Of a stretch of 64,000 nt of DNA, positions 13,795-23,027 are shown in pieces. This stretch comes from Acidobacteriota bacterium (GTDB lineage Bacteria; Acidobacteriota; Blastocatellia; HR10). The stretch's first letter is position 1; every line of letters starts with the position of its first letter. A model generated the notes under the pieces. The model was not told the origin of the DNA. It searched no databases and was given only the letters and a program-made list of their open reading frames with translations. The translations under genes and the position numbers were made by a program. The stretch lies in contig JAUQQC010000002.1 in the NCBI GenBank assembly GCA_030550025.1, positions 262,058 to 326,057 on the forward strand, written 5' to 3'.

Positions 13795-15660
13795 ATGTGT
13801 GGGATCATCGGATATACCGGAACGCGCCCGGCCGTGGCTCTTCTGCTGGAAGGGCTGAAGCGATTGGAGTATCGAGGGTACGATTCGGCGGGGGTGGCTG
13901 TGGCCGATGCCGATGGACAGCTTGAGGTCTATCGAGTCCAGGGGCGGGTGGACCGGTTGGAAGAAGTATTACGCGGTCGCCTGGTGAGGGGGACTCATGG
14001 GATTGGGCATACGCGCTGGGCGACGCATGGGCGGCCGAACGAGGAGAATGCCCATCCGCATCGAGATTGCACGGGCCAAGTGGCCATTGTGCACAATGGC
14101 GTCATCGAGAACTATCTCCCCTTGCGGCGGGAGTTAGAAAGGCGGGGCCATCACTTCGCTTCGGAGACGGACACGGAGGTCATCGTTCATCTGGTCGAAG
14201 AGCAGCTTCGAGAGGTTCCGCTTCTTGAGGCCGTGCGTCGGGCGGCCGGGCGACTTCATGGGCTTTTCGCCGTGGCGCTGCTTTCGACCAAAGAGCCAGG
14301 AGTGATTGTGGCCTTGCGGCAGGGGGCGCCGCTTGTCGTGGGCGTAGGAGAGGGGGAGTGCTGGGTGGCTTCGGACATCCCGGCCCTTCTGCCCTTCACG
14401 CGGCGGATGCATATATTGGAAGATGGAGAGCTGGCGCTTCTGACGCCGCAAACGGTACGAGTGCTGGACGGCATGGGGCGAGAGCGCCCGCTGCGGGTGC
14501 AGCCGATTCTGTGGGATCCGATCTTGATCGAGCGAGGCGGCTATCGCCATTTCATGCTCAAGGAGATTCACGAGCAACCGCGCGCGGTGCGGGAGACGGT
14601 GAGCGCGTATGTAGATCCGGTGATCGGAGAAATCACTTTCGAGGGGGTGAGCGAAGAAACGTTCGAGCAGGTGGAAGAGATCGTCATCGTCGCCTGTGGC
14701 ACGAGCTTTCATGCCGGGTTGTTTGGGAAATACCTTCTCGAAGAAGCGGCGCGGATTCGGGTGGAGGTGGAACTGGCCAGCGAGTTTCGGTATCGGCGTC
14801 CGGTCTTGCGGGAGCGGGCGCTTCTTTTGGCCATCACGCAGTCTGGAGAGACGGCGGATACGTTGGGGGCGGTGCGAGAAGCGCGTGGGCAGGGAGTGCG
14901 GGTTCTAGCGCTGACGAACGTCTTCGGCTCGACGATCACGCGCGAGGCCGATGGGGTGATCTACACGCGGGCGGGGCCGGAGATTGGGGTGGCGGCGACC
15001 AAGACTTTCACGGCGCAGTTAGCCGTGTTGGTGCTTTTGGCGCTGAAGCTGGGGCGGGGACGAGGCACACTCTCGGCGGAGAGAGTTCGGTTCCTACTTG
15101 AAGAGCTGTATCGGTTGCCAATTCGAATGGAGCGCATGCTGGAGCGGACGCGAGAGGTCGAAGCCGCGGCCCGACGCTTCTCGGGAGCGAGGAATGCGCT
15201 CTATTTGGGACGCGGGGTGTTGTATCCGATCGCACTGGAGGGGGCCTTGAAGCTGAAGGAGCTGAGCTACATTCACGCGGAGGGATGTGCGGCCGGGGAG
15301 ATGAAGCATGGGGTGAATGCGCTACTGGAGGAGCAGGTGCCGGTTGTGGTGCTCGCGGCCTACGATCGGGGAGAGGAGTTGGGACGAGTACTCTATGAGA
15401 GGACGTTCACCAATCTGCTGGAGGTGCGAGCGCGGGGGGCGCCGGTGCTCGCCATCGTTCACGAGGCGGATGAGGAAGTCCTTCGGGCGTGTCGGGAGGA
15501 AGCGGGGGCAGAGGTACTGGCGATCCCTCCGGCTTCTCGATGGCTGACACCGCTTTTGGCGATTCTGCCCTTACAGCTTCTGGCTTATCAGATCGCCGTC
15601 CGACGTGGTTGTGATGTCGATCAGCCGCGGAATCTCGCTAAATCCGTGACCGTCGAATGA
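13795..15660 (+). CDS. glmS: Glutamine--fructose-6-phosphate aminotransferase
   Basis: MCGIIG catalytic Cys, RLEYRGYDSAG, GHTRWATHG, QSGETADT, C-terminal DQPRNLAKSVTVE. Confidence 0.97.
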   Translation: MCGIIGYTGTRPAVALLLEGLKRLEYRGYDSAGVAVADADGQLEVYRVQGRVDRLEEVLRGRLVRGTHGIGHTRWATHGRPNEENAHPHRDCTGQVAIVHNGVIENYLPLRRELERRGHHFASETDTEVIVHLVEEQLREVPLLEAVRRAAGRLHGLFAVALLSTKEPGVIVALRQGAPLVVGVGEGECWVASDIPALLPFTRRMHILEDGELALLTPQTVRVLDGMGRERPLRVQPILWDPILIERGGYRHFMLKEIHEQPRAVRETVSAYVDPVIGEITFEGVSEETFEQVEEIVIVACGTSFHAGLFGKYLLEEAARIRVEVELASEFRYRRPVLRERALLLAITQSGETADTLGAVREARGQGVRVLALTNVFGSTITREADGVIYTRAGPEIGVAATKTFTAQLAVLVLLALKLGRGRGTLSAERVRFLLEELYRLPIRMERMLERTREVEAAARRFSGARNALYLGRGVLYPIALEGALKLKELSYIHAEGCAAGEMKHGVNALLEEQVPVVVLAAYDRGEELGRVLYERTFTNLLEVRARGAPVLAIVHEADEEVLRACREEAGAEVLAIPPASRWLTPLLAILPLQLLAYQIAVRRGCDVDQPRNLAKSVTVE

Positions 15661-15662
15661 AG

Positions 15663-15736
15663 TGCTCCCGGCAGGAATCGAACCTGCGGCCTAGCGCTTA
15701 GGAGGCGCTCGCTCTATCCAACTGAGCTACGGGAGC
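15663..15736 (-). tRNA. tRNA-Arg(CCT), CCA not encoded
   Basis: Reverse complement GCTCCCGTAGCTCAGTTGGATAGAGCG AGCGC-CT CCT AA-GCGCT AGGCC GCAGGTTCGATTCCTGC CGGGAGCA folds as a cloverleaf. Confidence 0.95.
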
Positions 15737-15740
15737 ACTG

Positions 15741-16262
15741 TCAAGAAGGGTATTTTAGCAAGGAGACGACGCGGTAGCCAGCTAACCGATCGCGCCCTTT
15801 CAAGAACTCCAGCTCGATGACAAACCCCACGCCAACGACCTGACCGCCGAGCTTCTCCACCAGCTCGATCGCTGCCTTCGCCGTGCCTCCCGTTGCCAAA
15901 AGATCATCAATGATCAGGACACGATGGCCCGGTTCGATGGCATCCTTATGAATCTCCAGACGGTCGGTTCCGTATTCGAGCGTGTAGGTCACGCTCTCGG
16001 TGGGGGCTGGAAGCTTGTTGGATTTGCGCATCGGGATGAAACCGGCTCCGAGCTTATAGGCGAGGGCCGGGGCAAAGATGAAACCGCGCGCCTCAATCCC
16101 GACGACGCGATCGACGCGCTCGCCGGCGAAAGCTTCCGAGAGCAGATCCACCGTCGTGCGGAACCCCTCCGGGTCTTTCAAAAGCGTCGTGATGTCATAA
16201 AAGAGGATGCCCGGCTTGGGGAAGTCCGGGATCTCTCGAATCAAACGTTTGAGTTTCTCCAT
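15741..16262 (-). CDS. apt: Adenine phosphoribosyltransferase
   Basis: [35 protein letters not shown]. Confidence 0.97.
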   Translation of the reverse strand: MEKLKRLIREIPDFPKPGILFYDITTLLKDPEGFRTTVDLLSEAFAGERVDRVVGIEARGFIFAPALAYKLGAGFIPMRKSNKLPAPTESVTYTLEYGTDRLEIHKDAIEPGHRVLIIDDLLATGGTAKAAIELVEKLGGQVVGVGFVIELEFLKGRDRLAGYRVVSLLKYPS

Positions 16263-16295
16263 GCACGTCGCTCCTTTGCCCCTGGAGAGGCCTTC

Positions 16296-16571
16296 TCAAT
16301 ATGCGACGCCAAAATGGCGGTAGCGGCCCGTCGGCTCCAAAACCTCTTCGACGACGTGAGTGACGCGAGCCGCGGCCGGGCCGCGTTGCAGCTCCTGCTT
16401 GAAGGCCTCCATAGCTTCGGGTTCGCCCTCGGCGACGACCTCCACGCGCCCATCGTACAGGTTGCGCACATAGCCGACGATCCCATGACGCTCGGCCGCG
16501 CGAAGGGCGAAGTACCGATAGCCCACACCTTGTACCATCCCACTGATCAAAAAGCGGCGCGCGATGCGCAT
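16296..16571 (-). CDS. acyP: Acylphosphatase
   Basis: G.VQGVGYR, GYVRNL.DGRVEV..EG, GP.AARV. Confidence 0.95.
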   Translation of the reverse strand: MRIARRFLISGMVQGVGYRYFALRAAERHGIVGYVRNLYDGRVEVVAEGEPEAMEAFKQELQRGPAAARVTHVVEEVLEPTGRYRHFGVAY

Positions 16572-16578
16572 AAGAAGC

Positions 16579-16656
16579 TGGTCGGGGCGAGTGGATTTGA
16601 ACCACCGACCTCACGGTCCCGAACCGTGCGCTCTCACCAGGCTGAGCTACGCCCCG
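16579..16656 (-). tRNA. tRNA-Pro(CGG), CCA encoded
   Basis: Reverse complement CGGGGCGTAGCTCAGCCTGGTGAGAGCG CACGG-TT CGG GA-CCGTG AGGTC GGTGGTTCAAATCCACT CGCCCCG ACCA. Confidence 0.96.
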
Positions 16657-16670
16657 AAAGCAGGTTCAAA

Positions 16671-16700
16671 ATCATACGCCCTATCTCCGCGGGTTGTCAA
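16671..16700 (-). promoter_or_regulatory. Sigma70-type promoter for tRNA-Pro-acyP-apt-tRNA-Arg
   Basis: TTGACA-18 nt-TATGAT on the minus strand, about 15 nt upstream of tRNA-Pro. Confidence 0.7.
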
Positions 16701-16757
16701 CCGCGCCTTCCCTCAATGGTCTCCGGATCAACGGGCGAAGTGGGGATCAGCTTCAGC

Positions 16758-16786
16758 TTGACGAAGCTTTCCGCTTCGTCTATATT
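16758..16786 (+). promoter_or_regulatory. Sigma70-type promoter with an 8-bp inverted repeat across its spacer
   Basis: TTGACG-17 nt-TATATT; GACGAAGC-tttcc-GCTTCGTC at 16760-16780. Confidence 0.55.
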
Positions 16787-16945
16787 CCCTATCAGCGACC
16801 ATGGCGCATGCTCTTTGAGAAGTCGTCCTCGGTGCGGGGTTATCGTCCGCATTCGGGTGCTGGTTCGAGCGAATCATCGGGCTGTCGGCGCGTGCGGGCG
16901 CCTGTGCGCTGACGAGCGAATCTTTCGGAAAGGAGGTGGACGATC

Positions 16946-18160
16946 ATGCGGTCGAACGGGTTCATGTGGCTCATGACGATCGGAATTCTCGGAGGGATCG
17001 TTCTTGCGGATCTCGCCTTCCCGCAGGGAACGGGCCGCGTCTTCAATCCGCGTCTGCGGCGAGCGTACCTGACGGTCAATGAAGCGCTGGTGGAGTCGCG
17101 CAGTGGCGACACGTTGTTGGTCATTGGGCGAGTCGAGGGCGCCGTGGACCTTTCCTTGGCTCCTGGGGGAGTTACCCTCCTCGGGAAAGCGAATGGGGGG
17201 ATTCCGGCGGTCCTCTCGGTGGAGGGATGTCCGCCGAATGGGGCCGTCATTGATGCGCGGGGTCGGCAGGGCCGTGTCCAAATCATCGGACTCAATGTCG
17301 AGGTCCCTCCGGGATGTTACGGCATCCTCTCCGGCGATAGTGGACGTCCTTTGACGGTGAGGAATTGCCGATTCGTTGGGCGCGACCGCTCGGCGCTCTT
17401 CTCCGGCATCGCTTTGGTGAACGAATTCGGAGGGCCATTCCTCATCCAGGGGAACCAGATCACGAATCAACTGGTGAGCGCTGCCATTCTCATTGATGGT
17501 CGAAGCGCTTCGTCCTTGCAGGTGATCGTGCGAGGGAATCGCATTGGAAGCGATGTGACGGCCGGGATCATCGTCTCGGACATCCCGTCGGGAAGCTCGG
17601 TCGTGATCGAGCGGAATATCTTGGAAGGGGGAGACCTTGGAAGAGGCGCCATTGGTATCTTGCTCAATCCGGGGAGTCATGGCGTGATCGTGCAGCGCAA
17701 TACGATCCTGAACTTCGGAACGGGGATTGTCGTGGATGGATCGCCGGGGACGAAGATCCTGGCCAACCATCTTCAGGATAATGGGGTCGGGATCGCCGTG
17801 GATACGACGACGGCGACAAGCGGAGTGACGCCGGTGATCAACGACAATAACATCACGTGCACGAGTCTCGGCGCCTGTCGGGCGGCCGGGGCCGTGGGAC
17901 TCAGCTTCGTCCAAGGGACCTATACGCTGGATGCGCGGAACAACTATTGGGGAACGAGCACGGGGCCGGATTCGGCCGAAGACCCTGCTCCGGGCAATAC
18001 GACGTGTCCCGAGGCCACGGGATCGAATTGCACGGGACCGGCCGGAGGAGGAACGGGCTTGCCCATTAATGCCACTGGCGTGGATTGTTCGGTCTCCGGG
18101 AGCGGATCGGTGAGGACGTGTCCGATCCGAACGGCGCCGAATCGGCTCGCGGGAGCGTGA
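16946..18160 (+). CDS. Secreted right-handed parallel beta-helix protein (pectin-lyase/NosD-like fold)
   Basis: AGGAGG SD, signal-peptide-like N-terminus, repeated I.GN.I / GI.V units, LDARNNYWG motif, Cys/Thr/Gly-rich tail. Confidence 0.8.
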   Translation: MRSNGFMWLMTIGILGGIVLADLAFPQGTGRVFNPRLRRAYLTVNEALVESRSGDTLLVIGRVEGAVDLSLAPGGVTLLGKANGGIPAVLSVEGCPPNGAVIDARGRQGRVQIIGLNVEVPPGCYGILSGDSGRPLTVRNCRFVGRDRSALFSGIALVNEFGGPFLIQGNQITNQLVSAAILIDGRSASSLQVIVRGNRIGSDVTAGIIVSDIPSGSSVVIERNILEGGDLGRGAIGILLNPGSHGVIVQRNTILNFGTGIVVDGSPGTKILANHLQDNGVGIAVDTTTATSGVTPVINDNNITCTSLGACRAAGAVGLSFVQGTYTLDARNNYWGTSTGPDSAEDPAPGNTTCPEATGSNCTGPAGGGTGLPINATGVDCSVSGSGSVRTCPIRTAPNRLAGA

Positions 18161-18193
18161 GCCTTCCTCCGATGTGAGGATGAGCGGCCTCTG

Positions 18194-19447
18194 ATGCGAC
18201 GTGGAGAGACTTTGCCGGGGGACGGCGAGCTTTGGCGAAACACGAGACGAACGGCTCTCGCATTGGCTTTCGTCCTAGTGGGGCCGTCCCTTGGCCAGGT
18301 GCAGAAGTACGCGGGGCTGTGGGGACTGCTTCTGTATATCCTCTTGGTCTTCGGATTTTGGATCTCTGCGCCTCGATTCCTTCGCCAACTGAGGGCTGTC
18401 GGATCGGAACGTTGGGCCTATGGGTTCGCCATTGTGGCGGGATTGGGGCTGCTGCTGCTTTTCCACATCCTCTATCCCTTGGCTAACTCGGGGATCGTGG
18501 GCGGAGGCAGCGATCGAGACGAAGCATTGAATCTCGGTGCCCGCGAGTTGCTTCAGGGGCGATGCCCCTATCACGTCACGACCTATTTGGGGAATCCGAT
18601 CGCTCCGCTTCCGGGAGGGGTGGTGCTCTCGCTCCCTTTTGTCGCGCTGGGAAATAGCGCCTACCAGAACTTCTTCTGGCTCGCCATCTTTTTCCTCCTC
18701 GCCCGGCGGATCCTGCGCGAGGCCTGGCGCGCGCTTCTTCTCCTCTGGAGCCTCTTTGCGTTCTCACCCGTGCTCTGGCAGCAGATCATCACGGGCAGCG
18801 ATCTCCCGGCCAATAGCATTGTCGTCTTGACGTTCTCCTGGCTTGTGATCCGTGCTCCCGGGAAGTGGAAACTCGCGGCGGCGCTCTTGCTGGGGGTGGG
18901 TTTGGCCTGGCGGACGAATTTCCTGCTCCTTCTGCCGCTTTTGTTCGCGCTCCTTTGGCAAGAGGTTGGAGGGAGGGCGGCGCTCGGGCTCATGGGGCTT
19001 GTCGCCGGAGCCTTTGGGAGCCTTGTGCTGCCTTTCGCGCTGCACGCTCCGCATGGAATTTCTCCATTCCTGGAGCAAAACAAGTTCGCTCGCTTCGACG
19101 ATCTTGTGCCTCATGCGAGTCTTCTTGTTCCTCTGGCAGCAGGGGGGTATGCGCTCGTCAGCTCTCGCGCGAGCGCGGATGTGAGCGCCTTCTTCCGAAA
19201 GAGCGCGCTGGTGCTCGCGTTCCCCATCGTGTGCGGTCTCATCCTCGCGACGCTTCAGGCCGGGCGGCTCGATCTGCATCTGACCGATTATGGGGTGAGT
19301 TTCTTATTCTTCGGGGGGCTCTCCTGCTGGGCATCACTCCTTCGTGCGCTTCCTGAGAGAGGAGGCGTCCTCATTGCGAGTCCTCTCTTCGCTCGGCGAG
19401 TTACGCGTGAGAGGAGTGTGCGCCACGCGACTCGGCCAAGCGTTTGA
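18194..19447 (+). CDS. Polytopic membrane protein, possibly a GT-C (GT87/DUF2029-like) glycosyltransferase
   Basis: About 10-11 TM segments; first extracytoplasmic loop SDRDEAL...LL.G.CPY....P..PLPG. Confidence 0.5.
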   Translation: MRRGETLPGDGELWRNTRRTALALAFVLVGPSLGQVQKYAGLWGLLLYILLVFGFWISAPRFLRQLRAVGSERWAYGFAIVAGLGLLLLFHILYPLANSGIVGGGSDRDEALNLGARELLQGRCPYHVTTYLGNPIAPLPGGVVLSLPFVALGNSAYQNFFWLAIFFLLARRILREAWRALLLLWSLFAFSPVLWQQIITGSDLPANSIVVLTFSWLVIRAPGKWKLAAALLLGVGLAWRTNFLLLLPLLFALLWQEVGGRAALGLMGLVAGAFGSLVLPFALHAPHGISPFLEQNKFARFDDLVPHASLLVPLAAGGYALVSSRASADVSAFFRKSALVLAFPIVCGLILATLQAGRLDLHLTDYGVSFLFFGGLSCWASLLRALPERGGVLIASPLFARRVTRERSVRHATRPSV

Positions 19448-19507
19448 CATGCTCCTTGGCGCTGCCCTACCATTTACACTCCGAGTTGCAGGAGAGGGGG
19501 GGGACGT

Positions 19508-21187
19508 ATGACGACGAGGGAGATGACAAGCCACTTGGAAGAAGCCCTCAGCCGATGGGAGGAACAAACGCTTCGCCCCACGCTCGCGCGCCTGCCGGAG
19601 CGCGCGGCCGAGTTCACGACGACATCGCTTCGACCGATCAAGCGCTTGTATACCCCACTCGACGTTCAGCATCTCGACTTCGAGCGAGACATTGGCTTCC
19701 CGGGCGAGTATCCGTTCACACGCGGCATTCACCCAACGATGTATCGTGGGAAGCTCTGGACGATGCGACAGTTCGCTGGATTTGGCACGGCCTTCGACAC
19801 GAACAAGCGATTCAAGTATCTCCTGGAGCAAGGGCAGACGGGCCTCTCGGTCGCTTTCGACCTGCCGACGCTCATGGGCTTGGACTCGGATCATCCGCTC
19901 GCGGAGGGCGAAGTGGGGAAGTGCGGCGTAGCCGTCTCCAGTCTCGAAGATATGGAGGTCTTATTCGACGGCATTCCGCTGGAAGACGTGACGACCTCGA
20001 TGACGATCAATGCGCCGGCGGCCGTCATCTTCGCCATGTATCTGGTGGTCGCCGAGAAACAGGGGGCTGATTGGAAGAAGATTTCCGGGACGATTCAAAA
20101 CGACATCCTGAAGGAGTACATCGCGCAGAAGGAATGGATTTATCCTCCGGCGCCCTCGATGCGCCTGATCGTGGATACGATCGCCTTTTGCACGCGAGAA
20201 GTGCCGCGTTGGCATCCCATCTCGATCTCGGGCTATCACATTCGCGAGGCGGGGGCGACGGCCTTGCAGGAGCTGGCGTTCACCTTGCGGGATGGGATCG
20301 AATATGTTGAGTGGTGTGTGCGCGCCGGTCTCGATGTGGATGCGTTCGCACCGCGCCTCTCGTTCTTCTTCAACTGCCATAATGACTTCTTCGAGGAGAT
20401 CGCGAAGTTTCGAGCGGCGCGGAAGGTTTGGGCGCGGGTCATGCGCGAGCGATTCGGCGCGCGCGATCCGCGCTCCTGGATGTGTCGCTTCCACACGCAG
20501 ACGGCCGGGTGCAGCTTGACGGCGCAGCAGCCGTACAACAATGTCGTGCGCACGACGATCCAGGCGCTCGCTGCCGTGCTCGGCGGGACGCAGAGCCTCC
20601 ACACGAACGCTCTGGATGAGGCGCTCGCCCTGCCGACGGAATTCACGGCCATGCTTGCGCTTCGCACGCAGCAGATCATCGCGCATGAATCGGGTGTCGT
20701 GAACACGGTGGATCCGTTGGCCGGGAGCTATTTCGTCGAGGCTTTGACCAACGAGATGGAGCAAGGGTGCTACGAATACTTTGAGAAGATCGACGCCATG
20801 GGGGGGATGATCGCGGCCATCGAGCGTGGTTTCCCGCAGAAGGAGATTCAGGAGGCGGCCTATCGGTACCAGCAGGCCGTGGATCGGCGGGAGAAGATCA
20901 TCGTTGGCGTCAACGAATACGTCTTGGAGAAGGAGCCGATTGAGGTCCCCATTCTCTACATTGATGAATCGGTCGCGGAGATTCAGAAGGAGCGGTTGCG
21001 GCGCTTGCGCGCGCAGCGCGACAATACGAGAGTACGACGCACGCTAGAGGCTTTGAAGGAAGCCGCGCGCGGCACCGAGAATACGATGCCGTACATCCTC
21101 GAATGCGTGCGCGCCTATGCGACGCTCGGGGAGATCTGCGACGCCCTGAAGGAGGTCTTCGGGGAGTATCAAGAGCCGCCGTTTTGA
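19508..21187 (+). CDS. B12-dependent acyl-CoA mutase large (substrate-binding) subunit, isobutyryl-CoA mutase-like
   Basis: [65 protein letters not shown]-18-TACCAT promoter starting at 19444. Confidence 0.93.
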   Translation: MTTREMTSHLEEALSRWEEQTLRPTLARLPERAAEFTTTSLRPIKRLYTPLDVQHLDFERDIGFPGEYPFTRGIHPTMYRGKLWTMRQFAGFGTAFDTNKRFKYLLEQGQTGLSVAFDLPTLMGLDSDHPLAEGEVGKCGVAVSSLEDMEVLFDGIPLEDVTTSMTINAPAAVIFAMYLVVAEKQGADWKKISGTIQNDILKEYIAQKEWIYPPAPSMRLIVDTIAFCTREVPRWHPISISGYHIREAGATALQELAFTLRDGIEYVEWCVRAGLDVDAFAPRLSFFFNCHNDFFEEIAKFRAARKVWARVMRERFGARDPRSWMCRFHTQTAGCSLTAQQPYNNVVRTTIQALAAVLGGTQSLHTNALDEALALPTEFTAMLALRTQQIIAHESGVVNTVDPLAGSYFVEALTNEMEQGCYEYFEKIDAMGGMIAAIERGFPQKEIQEAAYRYQQAVDRREKIIVGVNEYVLEKEPIEVPILYIDESVAEIQKERLRRLRAQRDNTRVRRTLEALKEAARGTENTMPYILECVRAYATLGEICDALKEVFGEYQEPPF

Positions 21188-21222
21188 TCGCGGATCCTTC
21201 CTGGGCGACCTCACGGCGAGCT

Positions 21223-21639
21223 ATGGGAGAGCGTAAGATTCGCGTGCTCATCGCCAAGCCCGGCTTGGACGGGCATGACCGAGGCGCGAAAGTCGTCGCG
21301 CGGGCCCTGCGCGATGCGGGCATGGAGGTGATCTACACGGGGCTTCGACAAACGCCGGAGCAGATCGTCACGGCAGCGCTTCAGGAGGACGTGGATGTCA
21401 TTGGCCTCTCCATCCTCTCCGGAGCTCACATGACGCTTGTCCCGCGCGTGATGCAACTCCTTCAGGAGAAGGGGCTTCAGGACGTCGTCGTCTTCGTGGG
21501 CGGGATCATCCCACAGGAAGACATCCCGAAGCTGAAGGCCTTGGGCGTAGCCGAAGTCTTCCTGCCGGGGACGCTGCTGGAGCAGATCGTGCACGTGGTG
21601 CGGCAGAGCGTGAAGCGGTCGCTGCAGACGTCGGAATGA
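21223..21639 (+). CDS. Cobalamin-binding small subunit of acyl-CoA mutase
   Basis: [11 protein letters not shown] (DxHxxG), GLSILSG, GG. Confidence 0.95.
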   Translation: MGERKIRVLIAKPGLDGHDRGAKVVARALRDAGMEVIYTGLRQTPEQIVTAALQEDVDVIGLSILSGAHMTLVPRVMQLLQEKGLQDVVVFVGGIIPQEDIPKLKALGVAEVFLPGTLLEQIVHVVRQSVKRSLQTSE

Positions 21640-21742
21640 GCGCACTTGAGGGATTCGCGCGCCAATGAGCGCTCGGTCAGTGAGCGTCCCCTTACGCTTG
21701 GGGGGTGAGCGCTGCTTTCGCTCTTCCGAAGGGAGGGTGACG

Positions 21743-21901
21743 ATGACGGATATTCTCGTGGTCGTCCTTTTTGCAGTCGGCTATGGGCTCCTCATGCGGT
21801 ACGTTCTTCCCCGGCTCGGCGTGCCGACGTGACTCTCGCGCACCGTGTGCGCCGAGGATCGGCCGTCGCGTGAGGCGGGGAAGTCACCGGAGAAGCGATA
21901 G
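21743..21901 (+). CDS. Small single-TM protein: 29 aa if UGA 21830-21832 terminates, 52 aa if read as selenocysteine
   Basis: GGAGG SD at 21732, ATG 21743, MTDILVVVLFAVGYGLLMRYVLPRLGVPT-TGA-LSRTVCAEDRPSREAGKSPEKR-TAG; below the ORF-track cutoff. Confidence 0.55.
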
Positions 21902-21904
21902 GGC

Positions 21905-22774
21905 ATGTCGGCATCCGGAGATGACGTCCGCATCGGCATTCATGCTTCGATCTCGGGAGAACTACCCAATGCGTTGCGGGAAGCGGCCGGGTTGGGGTGC
22001 CGGACCGTGCAGCTCTTCTCGCGTAATCCTCGCGGGTGGGAAGCGCGCGCGCTCGAAGTGGCGGAGATTCGCGCCTTTCGCCGCGAACGCGAGCGACTCG
22101 GGCTGGATCCCGTCATCATTCACGCCCCTTATCTTCTTAACCTCGCGGCGGCGACCCCCCAAGTGAGGGAGCGGTCCATTCGGGCTCTTCGGCAAGAGAT
22201 CAAGCGCGCTCTTCAATTGGGTGCCGATTATCTCGTCCTCCATCCGGGGAGCACTCTCGGTCGCTCCATCGAGGATGGGATTCGCGCGTGCGCGCGCGCC
22301 ATCCGGCGGGCGGTGTGGGACGCGGCCGTGGATTCGCTCTGCCTCTTGCTAGAGAACACGGCCGGTCAGGGGCATCAGATCGGATGGCGGTTCGAACATC
22401 TGGCGGCGCTTCTCGAAGAGGTGGGAGAACTCCCGGTTGGGATCTGTCTGGACACGGCGCATGCGTTCGCCGCCGGGTATGATCTGGCGACCGAAGCGGG
22501 ATTCGCCGAAATGCTCGCCCAGTTGCGAGCGACCGTGGGCTTGGAGCGCGTGCGCGTCCTCCATCTCAACGATACGCGCGTGGCGTGCGGAGGGCGTGTG
22601 GATCGGCATTGGCATATCGGCGAGGGGAATCTCGGTGCGGAGGCGCTACGTCGAATCCTCACGAGCGCCGCTTTCCGCGGATGCCCGTTCATCCTCGAAA
22701 CGCCAAGGAAGACCGTGGAGGACGATCGTCGGAATCTCGCGCGCGTCCGCGCCTGGGTTGCTCCCAATGGATGA
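21905..22774 (+). CDS. nfo: Endonuclease IV (AP endonuclease)
   Basis: IGIHASI, QLFSRNPR.W, HAPYLLNLA, LHPGS, LENTAG, CLDTAH, HLND, DRH.HIG.G, ILETP. Confidence 0.95.
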   Translation: MSASGDDVRIGIHASISGELPNALREAAGLGCRTVQLFSRNPRGWEARALEVAEIRAFRRERERLGLDPVIIHAPYLLNLAAATPQVRERSIRALRQEIKRALQLGADYLVLHPGSTLGRSIEDGIRACARAIRRAVWDAAVDSLCLLLENTAGQGHQIGWRFEHLAALLEEVGELPVGICLDTAHAFAAGYDLATEAGFAEMLAQLRATVGLERVRVLHLNDTRVACGGRVDRHWHIGEGNLGAEALRRILTSAAFRGCPFILETPRKTVEDDRRNLARVRAWVAPNG

Positions 22775-23027
22775 ATATGCTAGTCTATCGCGCGAATCCG
22801 ATGGACGGTGAGGGAAGTGCGAGCACGGTGAGCGCTCAGGCGGATGGGATCACGTGAGGCGCAAAGCCCGCACATGGCGATCATTCATCTCCCCTTCGGC
22901 ATTAAATGGAGGACATCCCTTCGTGCCGAGGAGATGCGATCTCGTCCTTCGCGGGGCGATCGAGATGAAACTCTATCGCCTCTCGGAGCGTAGCTTTTGG
23001 CATGACGATCAAGAAGGGGGAAGGCGT

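Noticed and set aside
22850..22900. GGCGCAAAGCC upstream of tolC resembles part of a c-di-GMP-I riboswitch
   Set aside because: No upstream GGCAAA/GNRA-tetraloop P2 stem and no tetraloop receptor found
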